DNA of 64,000 bases from Eutreptiella sp. 'Long Island Sound 2002' (Eukaryota > Protista > Euglenida): positions 10,788,001-10,852,000 of the forward strand of contig OZ038379.1 in the NCBI GenBank assembly GCA_964036045.1. Reading direction: 5' to 3'. This document shows, in pieces, positions 23,867 through 35,525 of this stretch; positions within the stretch are counted from its first letter, which is position 1, and each line of letters begins with the position of its first letter. Made by a program: the position numbers and the translations under genes. Below the pieces are notes generated by a model. It had not been told where the DNA came from, ran no database searches, and saw nothing but the letters and a program-made list of their open reading frames with translations.

Positions 23867-25834
23867 TATTTGGCGACCCTGGAGACGGCGAACCACATAT
23901 GGTGCTGCCGTGCGCAGGCGCACAGGTGGCGATCCGCACGCCAGCACGTGGCACAGTTGCTGGACGCCCAAGTGGGCCCACAGGCGGACACGGTCCGCCA
24001 GCAGCTCTGGGACCTGAGGGCTTTTGGAGCAGCTGGCAGCGCCGCCCCTACAGCAGGCCTGACGCACCCGCAGGGTCCGGGGGTTGTGCTACAGCCGCCG
24101 GGTCGTCTCCGAGTCCCTGTACGTCTGGCATGCCCATGCCCGGGCACAGGGTACGATGGCCTGGGCGCTGCACGAGCTGCAGCCCCACCAGCACGGGGTG
24201 CCCCGCGCTGCCCGGGACTGACGGCCGCGAGGCGCAGCGGCCCTGCCAGATCGGGTCCGAGGGCGGGCAGGGTCTCCCTGGCCCACAGCCGAAGGGGTTA
24301 AGGCTAATTTTTAGGGTTCAGGTTCCCGTGGACCAGTTCCCAGTGGTACGACATGCCGGCCATCGCCAGTCCGGTACCAGCGCCTTCGGCATACACACAC
24401 ACAGACACACAGACACACACACACACACACGTACACATTCACACGCGCTGACACATGCGCGCGCACACACGAGCGCGCGCGCGCACCCACACGCACACGC
24501 TGTTGCGACTTAGGCATGGACGGAACAGCACATGGACCAGGAGTGGCTGCCTGCAGGTGTCTTGGGGCTCCCTGGATGTTCAGCCGGGCAGGATGCGCCT
24601 GCCGTGCCCCGTGCAGTCCGTAATGGCAGCAGTAATGTCTCTGTCCAGGGCGACCTCTGCAGGGTCCTCTGGTGTGCGAGCGTGTCGCCGAGTGGTCCCT
24701 GAGCAGAGCGTCAACGAACAGAATTTGTCGTGCTTACAGCTCCATTGGTCTCGGGCCCCAGCCCGATTTTTCCGGTGAGTTGGGGAGTGTTGGTGGTGGT
24801 GGTGGTGGTGAGCTAACAGCCTGCATCCCTGGCCCATGTACCCCCTCGCGAGAGGAACGCCCCTGTCAGAGCAACAGCCCAGGGAGGCTGCCGCACCTTT
24901 TGGAGGCAGATTTTGGCGGTTCTTTCTTCTGGTTGTCCGTGACGATCACGTTTTTCTGTGATTTGGGGCCCGGGATGGTACTTCAGGGATGCTTATCGCT
25001 GTCCTTGCCCCCCACCTTCACCCCTTCTTGTCCTTTGGAGGCAGAGATCGGGGAATCACCTGATCACTGGCACGTTCATGACACAACGGCTTTTGACTGC
25101 CGCAGGCGTGACTATGTCTCATGCCCCGAAGCCACTGTTGTACCGGGCACCGGAGGCGTTTCTTTTCCGTCGCTTTCAACGATCCGCGTCCTCCGGTGCA
25201 GGTCCTGGCGCAGCTGGCCACACCCGTGTCCCAGAACTTCAGCCGCGCGGTTGCAGCTCCGGTCCCTGACCCCCGGCGCATCCGTTCGACCGGCGGGCGC
25301 TACGCCACTCTCCTGCGGGACATGGACCTCCTGCTCGCGACGCACCCCGCTTTCCTGCTTGGGCCATGGCTCGCGGCCGCGCGGCGGTGGGGCATGGGCG
25401 CGGCCGCACACGACTGCGCGTCCGTCTGCGGAGGCAGTACCGGAGGCGGTCCGGGCCCCGGCGGTCCCAATGCCACAGACTGCGCGGCATTTTACGAGTG
25501 GAACGCGCGGGTGCAGCTCACGACGTGGCACCCCACGCCCCCGGGCGCGCGGGCCGTCCCCAAGGGGCCCGTGGACTACGCCGCCAAGCACTGGAGCGGC
25601 CTCGTGGGGGACTACTACGGGGGGCGGGTGGAGCTGGTGCTGGACCAGGCCCTCCTGGACGCCGCCCAGGGCCGGCCCGTGGACTGGGCCGCGGTGCGGG
25701 CCCGGGAGGCGGCGCATGCGCATGGCTGGACCACGGCATCGGGCCGATACCCACTGGCGCCCGTAGGGGACGCGGTGGGTGTGTCCCGGGCATTGTACGA
25801 CAAGTACTCGGGGTATTTCAGGGCGTGTGCATAG
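12186..25834 (+). CDS. NAGLU: Alpha-N-acetylglucosaminidase (GH89), 8 exons, ~790 aa, with N-terminal signal peptide
   Basis: Exons 12186-12380, 13336-13500, 14401-14547, 16275-16722, 17291-17561, 18595-18772, 23059-23394 and 25202-25834 join through GT-AG introns in compatible phases (2373 nt = 791 codons). GH89 motifs: [100 protein letters not shown]. Confidence 0.93.
12437..12514. repeat. Perfect 39-bp direct tandem duplication in NAGLU intron 1
   Basis: TTGGGGCAATTTGGTGAGGGCAGTGGCAGTAGGACGCAC occurs at 12437 and 12476. Confidence 0.9.
13336..13500 (+). CDS. NAGLU: NAGLU exon 2
   Basis: TTTTCAG acceptor. [23 protein letters not shown] resembles the GH89 N-domain (A.GL..YLR..C). Donor is TTG|GTGTGC. 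Confidence 0.85.
14401..14547 (+). CDS. NAGLU: NAGLU exon 3
   Basis: [49 protein letters not shown], bounded by CAG and GTAATG. Confidence 0.92.
15463..15633 (+). pseudogene. Isolated exon-like fragment of an OPR/HPR (RAP/FAST-kinase-type helical repeat) protein inside NAGLU intron 3
   Basis: [40 protein letters not shown]...LSARDMANT resembles helical-repeat motifs (WALAK...P.L..AL; LS.RD.AN). It is flanked by AG and GTGCGG. Confidence 0.55.
16275..16722 (+). CDS. NAGLU: NAGLU exon 4 (TIM-barrel; 3' boundary less certain)
   Basis: [10 protein letters not shown]...[12 protein letters not shown]...[14 protein letters not shown]. The phase-1 donor G|GTGTGA is compatible with exon 5. Confidence 0.88.
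17291..17561 (+). CDS. NAGLU: NAGLU exon 5 (alternative in-phase acceptor at 17323)
   Basis: [22 protein letters not shown]...[11 protein letters not shown]...YSFFGAR. The phase-2 donor AG|GTCTCA fits exon 6. Confidence 0.88.
18595..18772 (+). CDS. NAGLU: NAGLU exon 6 (contains the nucleophile motif PEG)
   Basis: [17 protein letters not shown]...[20 protein letters not shown]. Donor is CAG|GTCTCC. Confidence 0.92.
19944..20078. repeat. Short (G/T)GGGGTGT array followed by G9 and (GGA)n
   Basis: Read directly from the sequence. Confidence 0.9.
20550..21385. repeat. 30-bp-period array: 15-bp palindrome GCGCCACNRTGGCGC plus a 15-bp spacer, with spacers cycling over a 120-bp period
   Basis: The palindrome is in strict 30-bp register from 20869 to ~21370, with degenerate copies back to ~20555. 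Confidence 0.88.
21627..22800. repeat. ~1.17-kb G-rich minisatellite, 8-bp unit (G/T)GGGGTGT, ~146 copies, G-quadruplex-prone
   Basis: Continuous GGGGGTGT/TGGGGTGT units inside NAGLU intron 6. Confidence 0.97.
23059..23394 (+). CDS. NAGLU: NAGLU exon 7
   Basis: [14 protein letters not shown]...[10 protein letters not shown]...[11 protein letters not shown], bounded by CCGCAG and GTGGTG. Confidence 0.9.
23866..24300 (+). mobile_element. Probable 3' fragment of a non-LTR retrotransposon ORF, flanked by (CA)n microsatellites
   Basis: [17 protein letters not shown] resembles the ETxxHxxxxC tail of the zf-RVT C-terminal zinc knuckle of LINEs. The frame breaks downstream. Confidence 0.45.
25202..25834 (+). 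CDS. NAGLU: NAGLU exon 8 (C-terminal domain, stop TAG)
   Basis: [22 protein letters not shown]...[13 protein letters not shown]...[18 protein letters not shown]...YDKY. Confidence 0.93.
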   Translation, partial: VLAQLATPVSQNFSRAVAAPVPDPRRIRSTGGRYATLLRDMDLLLATHPAFLLGPWLAAARRWGMGAAAHDCASVCGGSTGGGPGPGGPNATDCAAFYEWNARVQLTTWHPTPPGARAVPKGPVDYAAKHWSGLVGDYYGGRVELVLDQALLDAAQGRPVDWAAVRAREAAHAHGWTTASGRYPLAPVGDAVGVSRALYDKYSGYFRACA

Positions 25835-26324
25835 CATTGAGGGTCCGGGTGATTTGCGGTGGGTGGCCGGTTTAGGGCTGGAGCTGCCACGAGCGTCCGT
25901 CAAGGCAGGCCCAATGAGGTGGAGCAGGGCCCTACTGAGCCCTGCACCGGATGCGGCAAGTTCCGAGCGAGTGCTGGTGATGAGTGGGGCAGGCATTGCT
26001 GCGTGGCACATTGTAAAAGGGCTGATTCCCAACGAGACCCGGACCTCCTGCCAGAAGCCAGTGGCATATCTCTTTGGGTTTCGGCCAACGCACCAACGGG
26101 CGGAGGGCATACGTTGGCTCTGTCGTGGATTTCTGCAGACATATGTGGTCCAACTCCGACCAGGGGTCCGGCCCTTGACCCGCGGCGCTCCTGCGCACCC
26201 TGTCTTTCTTTTCTTGCGCTAAGTAAGGCCGGAGGGATGCGCAGAGTCGGGCGATCCTGCAACAGAAAGAACAATTGGAGAACTTCACGGGGGGGGGGGG
26301 GGGCACAGGATGCTCAGGCCAGAT

Positions 26325-26575
26325 ATGTACGTATACACGTGTATACGTGTATGCATGTATACAGGTATACGTATACGTGTATATGTATACGTGACATATA
26401 CGCGACATATAGCGTATACGTCCAGTCTGTGGACACTGTGCATGGTTTGTAGACACTTTGCATAGTTTGTAGACATTGTGCACATACACGTTTACCTGAG
26501 TATAGTCTGTAGACACTGTGCACCACAAGTAGACACGGCCTGCTAATTGTAGACACTGTGCACATGTTGTAGACG
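26325..26575. repeat. Purine-pyrimidine alternating tract followed by degenerate TGTAGACACTGTGCA repeats
   Basis: GTATAC/ACGT alternation at 26325-26420; ~7 copies of (T)GTAGACAC at 26427-26575. Confidence 0.75.
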
Positions 26576-28130
26576 CGAAGAGACAATATGTGGGAAGAGG
26601 GTCTTCGGCCCCCTTCCCTAAAAAACGTCCGCTGACGGCGTTTACCCGTGCACAAGGGCATGTATACGCATATACGTACAGCCCTGGCTCAGGCCGTCTC
26701 GCTTTCAGTGTGCCCTGGGGCTGGGGTCCGTAACTGCACTTTTGCTGCAGGCTTTTGGGCGGTGAGGTGCGTGCGTGCCACAGTGGGAGCAGACACCAAG
26801 TGCATGCCGCACAGCAATGGAAGGCCCCTGGGGTGGCCGCAAGAACCCCGTGAACTTCAAGAGGTCTATGTAAGGTACACAGCCCCGATTGTGCACTGGG
26901 GTCTCATGGTGACCCTCAATCAACGCAAGAGCATTGGGATTTTTCACGGCTCCACCGTGTGCTCCAAGGTTGCTCTATTTGGAGGTTGTCCTTGTGTTCT
27001 TGTGGAAGGGGTGATGTGCCCCCCCTTCCTCCTAAACCAAATCCCTTTCTACCAAATTCATCCCCCTTCTTAATTAGGCCCCGCCCCCCGCCGTCAAGCT
27101 CAGGCAGGACCAAGAAAATCCATTTTCCTGGGGTCTATGCACCTCGTACATGCCGACCTCTTCAACCTGATGACCGTCCAAATCGTCCCATGCTCAGCCC
27201 ACTGTCATCACTGTGGCTGAGCCAAAGGAAGGGTGCGATGCTATGCCATTACATGGCGGCCGGGGGGGGGGGGGGGGCGGGGGGGCAATCTGCAATGGGC
27301 CCCGTGCATGTGAGTTCAAGTTCCACGAGCGATGTGTGGCCTTTGCTGGCAGTCTGGGCCGTCCGGCACACCATAACACAAGGGGGGGGGGGAACAATGA
27401 GCAAACAGGACATGGGACTGGGTTGCACCAAAAAGTGGCAGGAACAAGGCAGTATAACGGAGGTTCTTGCGGTTCTGGGCCATCTTGGCGCTCAACAGGA
27501 TGAACAGCTTGTCACCTGAAGACATGACGTCCGTGCGTTGACGTGGATCAGTCAATGACCCACAAGGGCGTGGTGGGGGAATGGGGTGCAAGGGGCCGCT
27601 GGAAGTTGATACACAGGGGGCCACGGGAAAAAAAATTCGCAGAATTTTTTTTCCGTACCCCCCCCCCCCTCCCGGGGTACCCCCTGAAAAAAAGGTACTG
27701 CACTTGTTAGGAAATTTTTTCACAAGCAGAACCCAGGGAAGTGCCCGACTGTTGGCGCCAAAGGCGCCATAAGAAAATTTTCCTTGATGCCGCGGAGGGT
27801 GAAAAAATGGTTTTTCACCCCATGTATCGTCTTATTCTTTACTGTGTGCCAATTTGAAAGGCATGAGAGATATCTTTTACTCTGCTTTTGCACTGCAAGT
27901 GGCGAATGAATTACTTTGGGTGTTGCCCTTTTGCTACTGAGCACACCAATTTCTTTCCCTGAGGCAACACAACCAAATGGTTGAAGACTTCTCCTCAAAG
28001 GGTCCGTGGTAAAACTAAGTAAAAAAAAATTTTTTTTAAATTTTTTTTTACTCAGTTTCAAAACTGAGTAAAAAAACAATTTGTTACTCAGTAAGTGGGG
28101 TTTCTACTCAGTTGCGAAACTGAGTAAAAA

Positions 28131-28492
28131 ATTTTGCCCACTTGTGGGCCACTTCTGATTTTGCCCCCCGCTCTGAAGCGGTGGGGATCCCCGAGACGGC
28201 AGGGGTGAGGTAGCCATTTTGCCCACTTGTGGGCCACCTCTGATTTTGCTCCCGTGCTCTGAAGCGGTGGGGATCCCCGAGACGGCAGGGGTGACATAGC
28301 CACTTTGCCCACTTGTGGGCCACTTCTGATTTTGCCCCTTGCTCTGAAGCGTTGGGGATCCCCGATACGGCAGGGGTGAGGTAGCCATTTTGCCCACAAG
28401 TGGGCCACTTCTGATTTTGCCCCCGGCTCTGAAGCGGTGGGGATCCCCGATACGGCAGGGGTGAGGTAGCCATTTTGCCCACAAGTGGGCCG
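28131..28492. repeat. 85-bp tandem repeat (~4.3 copies), each unit with two internal palindromes
   Basis: Units start at 28131, 28216, 28302, 28387 and 28472. Each contains GCCCAC(TT/AA)GTGGGC and GGGGATCCCC. Confidence 0.93.
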
Positions 28493-28494
28493 CC

Positions 28495-29560
28495 ACAAAC
28501 ACTGCTCCCACATTGGGGCCCGCGAGAAGGCAGTTGTTTGAAACCACCCTATTGATTGGTTTCCGCCTTGGGGACCCCGAGACGGCAGTGGTTATTAGCC
28601 ACATTAATTGCGCATCCCCTTGAGGACTCTCCAAAGAGGGGGTTTACGTAGGCCCATCGATTGCTCACCACATTAGAGACACTAATAAGGCATGGGTAAT
28701 GTAGCGACATTGATTGCTGACCATCTTGGGAACACGGAGAAGCCAAGGGTTATGTAGCCATAGTCATTGCTCTCACATTGGGGGCCGCGAGAAGGCAGCT
28801 TTCCTGTAGCTGCATTGATTGCTCCCTGCTTTGGGGACCTCGACAAGGCAACGGTTAGGAATGCACATTGATAGCTCTCACTTCTAGGGAAGTTGCAAAG
28901 CTGTCATTTCGGAGCCGCATTGGTTGCTCAACACTTTGGTGACACTCAGAAGGGACTAGATACATTGCTTTTAGCTTTGGTGACCCCGAGGAGGCATTGA
29001 TGGTGTCGCCATGTTGATTGCTCCACTCTTTGCGGATAGCAAGAAGGCGGTCGTTACGTCATGACTTTGATTTGTCCACTCTTTGGGGATCTTGCAAAGA
29101 CAGGAGTTATGTAGCCACATTTACTGCTCCCCCCTTTGGAGACCCCGAGAAGGGTGAGCTGACTTAGGCACGTCCATTGGTCCCAACTATAGGCGGCCCA
29201 CCAAGGAAAAGACTATCTAGCCACGTTGCTTACTCCCCACTTTGGGGATCGTGGGAAAGCAACCGCTAGGTAGGTGCATTCATTGTGTCCCATCGTGCGG
29301 ACTCCAAGAAGGCGTTTGTTATCTAGCCAATTTAATTGCTACACATTTGCGGATCGCAAGAAGGTAGTCATGATGTTTCCACACCGATTGCCCTGCACTT
29401 TGGGGTTCCCGCTAGGCCAGGAGCTGTAGAGCCCCGCTTATTGCTCCCTACGTTGGGGCTTCTATAAGGTATGGGTTTTGTAGCCACATTGGTTGCCCAC
29501 CATGTTGGGGACCCCGAAAAGGCAGGGCTTTGCTACACCCCAGGGATTATTTGTGGCGTG
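28495..29560. repeat. Degenerate ~60-bp-period repeats related to the 85-bp unit
   Basis: Recurrent TTGGGGACCCCGAGAAGGCA and TAGCCACATT motifs with many mismatches. Confidence 0.65.
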
Positions 29561-29929
29561 TTTGCAGTTGGTACAGCTTGCATCTGAAGGCATACTTAGG
29601 GGTCACCAAAACCTGGCCAACCCCTATGGGATGTGCATGGTGAGCACGGGTTGTCAGGTGATGTATTCTGTGTAGGGACGGGGTATATTGTGTGACCCGG
29701 GTTGCTGATGATGCATGTTTACATGTGTGTGCCCGAGGGTGCAGTAGCCGCTGACCATAAGCTTGGGATTAGAATGTCAAGTTGGTTGGCAGCACCCGGT
29801 ACCTCATATGCTGCCAATGCCATATGTGCACTGTGCCGTGACATGCTGGAAAAAAACACAAACAACAGCTCTCTTTGTCCCTCTCCCTCTGCTTCCTCTC
29901 TTTTGCTTTCTCTTTCTCTACCCCCCCTA

Positions 29930-30062
29930 TTCCTCTCTCTCTCTCTCTCTGTCTCTCTCTGTTTGTTTGTGTGTTTCTGTCTTTGTGCATATCTGTGTGT
30001 GTTTGTATTTCTATCTGTCTGTCTGTCTCCCTTGTCTCTGTCTTTCGCCCTGTTTGTGTCTC
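29930..30062. repeat. (CT)n/(GT)n compound microsatellite
   Basis: Read directly from the sequence. Confidence 0.8.
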
Positions 30063-30716
30063 TGGCTTTGCATGTGTCTGTTCACAGTCAGCCCGTTCAC
30101 AGCCAGTTCACACCTGTGAGAGCCCACAGTGGTATCATGGCAATGTCATTTTGTCCCCTTTTTGGGGGCCCCACGAGAAGGGAGGGGTGTCGTAACAACT
30201 TCTGATTTTGTGCCCTTTTTGGGGGACCCCCGAGAACACGGGGGTCAGGTAGCAATTCCGCCCAATAGTGGGCCCCCGAGAGAGAAGGGGGAATGTAACC
30301 ACTTCTGATTTTGGCCGCTCTTGTGGGAAGTGATGTTTATAGCGTAAACACAAAGGTTTTGAGCTGTTGTCGGAATGACCTTACACGCAAGGGTAATGAC
30401 AGTCTTGGGTCTTGGGGTAATGTTTGGCTAGGATAGGTGGGGATGCAGTGTGCTTGCTATGTGTTTCCGGTTTGTCTTTTGATTTGTTGTCACGGTGGAT
30501 GGGTTAGATACCCTGGAGGCCAAGGTCTTGCTTGAATTTGCAAGCAATGTTTTTGATATACAGGCAGAGTATCTAGGAAATACTATTTTGAGTCGGGCAG
30601 CAAATGCCACTTGGAGAAGACTGAATTCAGCTGAGGGCGGCGCCGGCTCAGTGTCTGAAGCGTTGGAGAATATGTTTCCCGCCCATCAAGGTGAACAGCA
30701 AAAGTTGTGGAACCTC

Positions 30717-32040
30717 CTAACGGCTTATGAACCGCGGTTTGGCCATATCCTGCGAGGCAATGATATGAGGCTCAAGGGTTTGATTGAGACTGCCTGGCCA
30801 TCTTGTCCAAGTGCCTCCCTTTTTGCGGCGTAATTTCTCCGTTGACTTTGCGAACACCCAATCTGCCTCCTCTACCACTAGCGACACCACGCCTCCTTTT
30901 TCAACCACCTTGATCCCCGATAATTGCTTCTTGACGGGGCCCTCAAAGAATCCCTCTGTAGCAATTTGCAGGAGCCTACCATCTAGTGCCTCCCCGGGTC
31001 GCAGCCATCCGTGTATCCCGCTGTACTGCAAAATATTCTTGATGGCCGCCACATATCCATCGCGCATCCCCTTCTCCAACCGTGCCTAGACAATCAACCG
31101 GTAGCTCTCTCCGAATTACCCAGACTCTGCCGCGGCAAACTCCTCCAGTCCATTTCGCATCTTTTGTGCCTCTTCATTCATGTGCAATCCCCCGACCCCC
31201 CCATCCCCCCTTTCCCCCACGATTCATTGGCAAACAAATTCACAGGCTTGGCCGCTCAGTGTTGCCTTCTGCAGTAACGACACGCCTTTGCTGGGGGTGA
31301 CGAACAATCTTGCCACTGTCTCCGCATGAGAAAATGGTGTTTCCCGTTTATACACTTGAATTTGAATTCACTCGGTCTTGACCTCCTCGACGCCGGATTA
31401 GACGATTTTCTGGATCTTCGGTGCTTCCCATCGCTGCTGCTATCACTGTTGGATCCCGACGAGGAAGACTACTAGATGATGAATCAGACGACGATGACTC
31501 AAAGCTACTAGCATCACTATTCCTCCCCTTCTTCCAAGACTTCTTCGGGTTTTTCTGATCGCGAGCCATCCTCTTTTTCTGCTTCTTTTTCTGCTTTTTC
31601 TTGCTAGATTCCTTCGCCCTTCGCACTTTTTCCTCCTCCTTAATGCACTTCTTGCCTTTCTCATCGTAGCACAACAGAACCTCCCATATTTTCACCTCCA
31701 CCATGCCAAACTCTGCCGCCGCCTCGCTCTCACTAACCATCTCCCGGATCAGTTGAGGAAACTTGCGAACATACTTGGGAGCTCCAGGTCACTTCCTCCA
31801 AGGCTTCAAGTTTTTCATCTACAGAACTCTAGCCGATCTCACCTCCGCATCTCCACTGCTCAACGTCAAATTGCTCGTCCTCAAGCATGCTCTCATCTCC
31901 TTCTGGTAGCGCTGCCCCAAAGTCGATACTGTCCACTGCTGCTCCACTCTTCGGTTTCTCCGACCGGGTCGACCTCTATGCGGTCCTCATGTTATTCACC
32001 TTCTCCAAAACTACGCTTCTATACTGCTCGAGCTACATAG
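30717..32040 (-). pseudogene. Interrupted charged/Lys-Ser-rich ORF (possible gag-like ORF of the YR element)
   Basis: ORF pieces at 31348-31740 and 30717-31079, plus a stop-interrupted frame at ~31760-32040. The function is an inference from position only. Confidence 0.35.
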
Positions 32041-32617
32041 CCCAGGGATCGTGTATGAAATCATAGCAGCGAGAACCAATTTTTCATGGCCAAAGATGAA
32101 GTGCATGGCGTTGGCAGTCTTGTCATTATGCAACCTCCTCGGGAGGCTAGGGAGGCATGCACAGCCCACAGAAGTGGGTTGGGTCAACTGGTGTTCAGAG
32201 GTAAGAAGAGTAGGCATCCAAGTAAAGGACGCGGGGCCATGGCCTGACAGATGGCTACGATTCTTGGATGAAGAGCGGCGACGGCGAGGGGCATACCCAA
32301 TAGTCCCGAATTCTTTTGCGTCACCGAGCAAGCTGGAGGCGCAGTGGATTCAACTGGTCAGTATCATGAACCAAAAGCAATTGCGATGGCATGGTCACAG
32401 GAGATGTGGGTCAGCACAGGCATTAGTGGCGGGAGGGCGGGGCCCGTTGCTGCAGCTCATGGGAGGATGGTGCACGCCGGCGGTGGCGGTATTGTACGCA
32501 ACGCCGACAGGACATATGAGAGTAGGAGGCGTCAGCCCGTGCCCGTCCGTTCCGGTGGCGAGTACGAGGCCTCCTACGGATTGTGGACCTCGGGACACTG
32601 GTGGGCGACGTGGATGA
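31900..32617 (+). pseudogene. Tyrosine recombinase (phage-integrase family) C-terminal catalytic region
   Basis: LRWHGHRRCGSAQALVAGG..LLQLMGGWCTPAVAVLYA carries an HxxR box, a GxW motif and a candidate catalytic Tyr at the expected spacing. Confidence 0.7.
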
Positions 32618-33995
32618 GAAGGGAAATTCGAGAACTCGGTTTGGGGGAGACGGAGAATGGTAAAGTATTGGGAGCCCCTTACGCGTCCCGCAAGAGAGCC
32701 AAGAGGGGTTCCACAGGAGCAAGAGATTTCCGGTTCGATCCCGAAGAGGTGGGCGATTCAGGAGATTCAGGAGGCATAGCTTGGGCCGGATGCGGGTAAC
32801 AACTGACGTGGATGTGCTGAGCGTGGTGGACAATTTGGCTGTGTCCACGCCTAAGGGGTTTCGGGCAAAAGTGGCATAAGGAGCACTGGTGTTGGCTGCG
32901 GGATTGCAGGACATCGCTGGTCCGGTCAGGTGCAAGGTTGTTTTGCTTAGGTAGGCTCATGGCACGGGCAGGGCAACTTCACATTCACACATTACTAGCC
33001 CTATCACCGTGCTTTTTACATAGGTCCTCGAAACCTGCATCTTTGTAGTCCTTCCCAAATTTGTTTCACTAACCAATGCCTGCCACTTCAACAGTTTGCT
33101 AGTATGATCCAGCCCAAAATGAAGATGAATATGCAATAGAAGAGAGCGTTGGATTTACCCTAATGTATCTCAAGCTTCATGCACAACAACAGGTTGTGGA
33201 GTTTACGACATTTTGATAGCATGCCTCGGTAGGATGCAAAATTGGATGCTGTTATATTATCTCACTCCACTTAAGGATGGACGTAGCTCGTGAGGATCCC
33301 AAAGCTATTGAAGAATGAAAATATTAAAGCATCTAGCAGCAAGGGCATTCAACTCCAACAGGGCATTTGTGTTATTCCCGGGTGCATCCGATTGACAAGA
33401 AGAAGAATCCAACCACTGACCGCACCTTTGAGATGCCCACAACCTCTCTAGTTTGCTTTTTTTCCTTTTGCAAGCGTTTACACTGCCCACATGGGGGTGG
33501 GTGTTCATGCATCACTTCAAGCCAATGGTCCCCCCCAGTCTGTGCGTTGCACTAAGTTTTGAACCATAAGCCTTTTCATCACCATCTGACATCCTATAAT
33601 CCCATGGGACTGTGCTCCACTGATCCAGCGTTGTTGTCCTGGATGACCCCAGGCTGTGGTTCAACCCCCCCCCCCCCCCCCTCAATGGCAGGCCAGGTGC
33701 CAGGTCACACAGCCTCTCAGCTCTGTCACACACACAACCACACATGGGGCCGAATAGTCAGCCTCTAAGGCCAGAAGAGTGTCAGGGGCGACTAGCAGGG
33801 CCACCTGTGTTTGTGAGGTTTAAATGACTTTGTCCCATACAGATAGCCTTGGTCTGTCAATGTGCGCGAAACTTCGAAGCAAAGGTGAAGCCATGTTGCT
33901 ACGTAATGGTTCGCAACTGTTTCTGCAAAACAGGTCCACGAGGAGGACGTGGATGCACTCTGCAAACCCCCTGTACCCCCCCCTCCTGTGCAGAC

Positions 33996-34441
33996 CGATG
34001 GAATGTGAACTGTCAGCCCCTTTCCACTCGGGCCCAGTCCTCCCCGTCACCAGCGACCCCATGTTCGCCATCCCGCGGTCCCTAGGGCTCGGCGGCCGGA
34101 GCGTCTGCACCTCCTGCCTACGCCAGCTGCTGGAGGTGGGGGCCCTCATGCAGCCCCCGCCGCCCCCTCCTCCTCCGCGACCCCCCCTGCCACCACCGCC
34201 ACCCCCACGCGCCGCCCTGGCAGACGCCCCCGCCATGTCCTCTGTGTCATACACTGCGTATGCCCCCTCGATACCGGGCCCCAGCATCCCTCCGGTCTGG
34301 AGCCACTCAAGGGGGGGGGTGCCATGCGCGAGCCTGTCGCAGGGGCGCAGCTCCTGCACGGCCTCCCCGGTGCACGCGGTGGATGCGGGCGCCGAGGCCT
34401 CACACTCGCTGACGGTGCGCACCAAGCTCACGGTGTGCACA
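33996..34441 (-). CDS. Probable exon of an unidentified minus-strand spliced gene (other candidate exons near 26700-26980, 27290-27560 and 34870-35090)
   Basis: Open frame with GC3-rich codons (VHTVSLVRTVSECEASAP...), a CAG acceptor and a GTCTGC donor. No family was recognised. Confidence 0.35.
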
Positions 34442-35129
34442 CTGTGGCCTGGGAGGCAGGGGGGGGGGGGGCTGGGGCACAGGCTGTCGTGTGCAACGGC
34501 AGCCCCCTCTTTGTGGAGGGCTGGCGCGGGAGTGCCCTGTGTGTGTGGCCCCTGTGTCTTGGAAAGGGTCAGGGGCTTGGCATGCAGCCTGGGCCGTGGT
34601 CGGGTAGGTCACCAAGGGGCAGAAGTAGCGCCTGCGAGCAGAGGGACAACCGTCCCCCTCTAAAGGCGTGTTCCCCACCGGCTAATGCAGGCAATGTGCT
34701 CGGGAAGCCCCAAACCGGTGCATGCGCCGGGAAATAGCAACCGGCACGTTTGCCTCGCCTTCATGGCAGCCCCCCCCCCCCCCCCTCACCCCCTTGCACT
34801 CTGTGTATCGCTGTGCGGCTGGGGTCCACACGATGCGCCTCGTTGTATGACAGATTTTGTTGTGCTACCTGCCCTGTTTTGCTGAATGTGGCGCCGGGCC
34901 CCGCAGTGGTCTGCACGGCTGGTGCCAAGAGCCTGAGGCACAGGCCAGACGGTCCGCCTTGCCCGACGCAGTATGCAATGGCACAGCGTGTGCGGGAGCA
35001 TAGTGTCGATGTTCCCGGGCCAGTCCACGGCAACAGTGGCTGGAACGGGGACGGGGGACAGCGGGTGGCGGTGGACCACCACCCAACCCCATGTGGTCTA
35101 CTCGCCGGCCAAGATCCGTGCCAAGGTAA

Positions 35130-35525
35130 CACCCCCCCCCCTCCTTGTCCTAACACGGGCTTGTCCAAACACAGCGACCCCGTGTTTCTGCACTTTCGGG
35201 TCTTTTTAGAACCATCTTTTTTGCGGTTCCAACCCAACAGAGAATGTGTTTGTCGCTGTGTGCAGGCTGCAGGAAGGGTCAATATGGGTGTCAAAGTGTT
35301 GGTGTCGCTGTCATTCCATGTGCTCTTGTTTTCTGAGGTGTACTCTGGCCTGTTTCTTTGTATTGTCATGTTTTGAGGGGTAGGGTTGGCTTATGTCTGC
35401 AACATGTGTTTTGTGGTACGTGCCACGCGGTAACATGGGCTTGTCCAAACACGGCAACCCCATGTTTTCGCACTTTTGCCTCCTGAAGCAGAACCTGGCC
35501 TGTGTTAGGACGGAGGGGGGGGGAT
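35130..35525. mobile_element. MITE-like element with imperfect terminal inverted repeats and an internal duplicated motif
   Basis: polyC-TCC..GTCCTAACAC near 35130-35156 pairs with GTGTTAGGAC.GGA-polyG near 35500-35523. GGGCTTGTCCAAACAC occurs twice. Confidence 0.45.

Larger units (their letters stand above)
30400..33000. mobile_element. Decayed tyrosine-recombinase mobile element (DIRS/PAT-like retroelement remnant or Crypton-like); boundaries approximate
   Basis: A YR C-terminal motif lies on the + strand next to an interrupted, divergently oriented ORF on the - strand. No RT motif was recognised. Confidence 0.55.
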
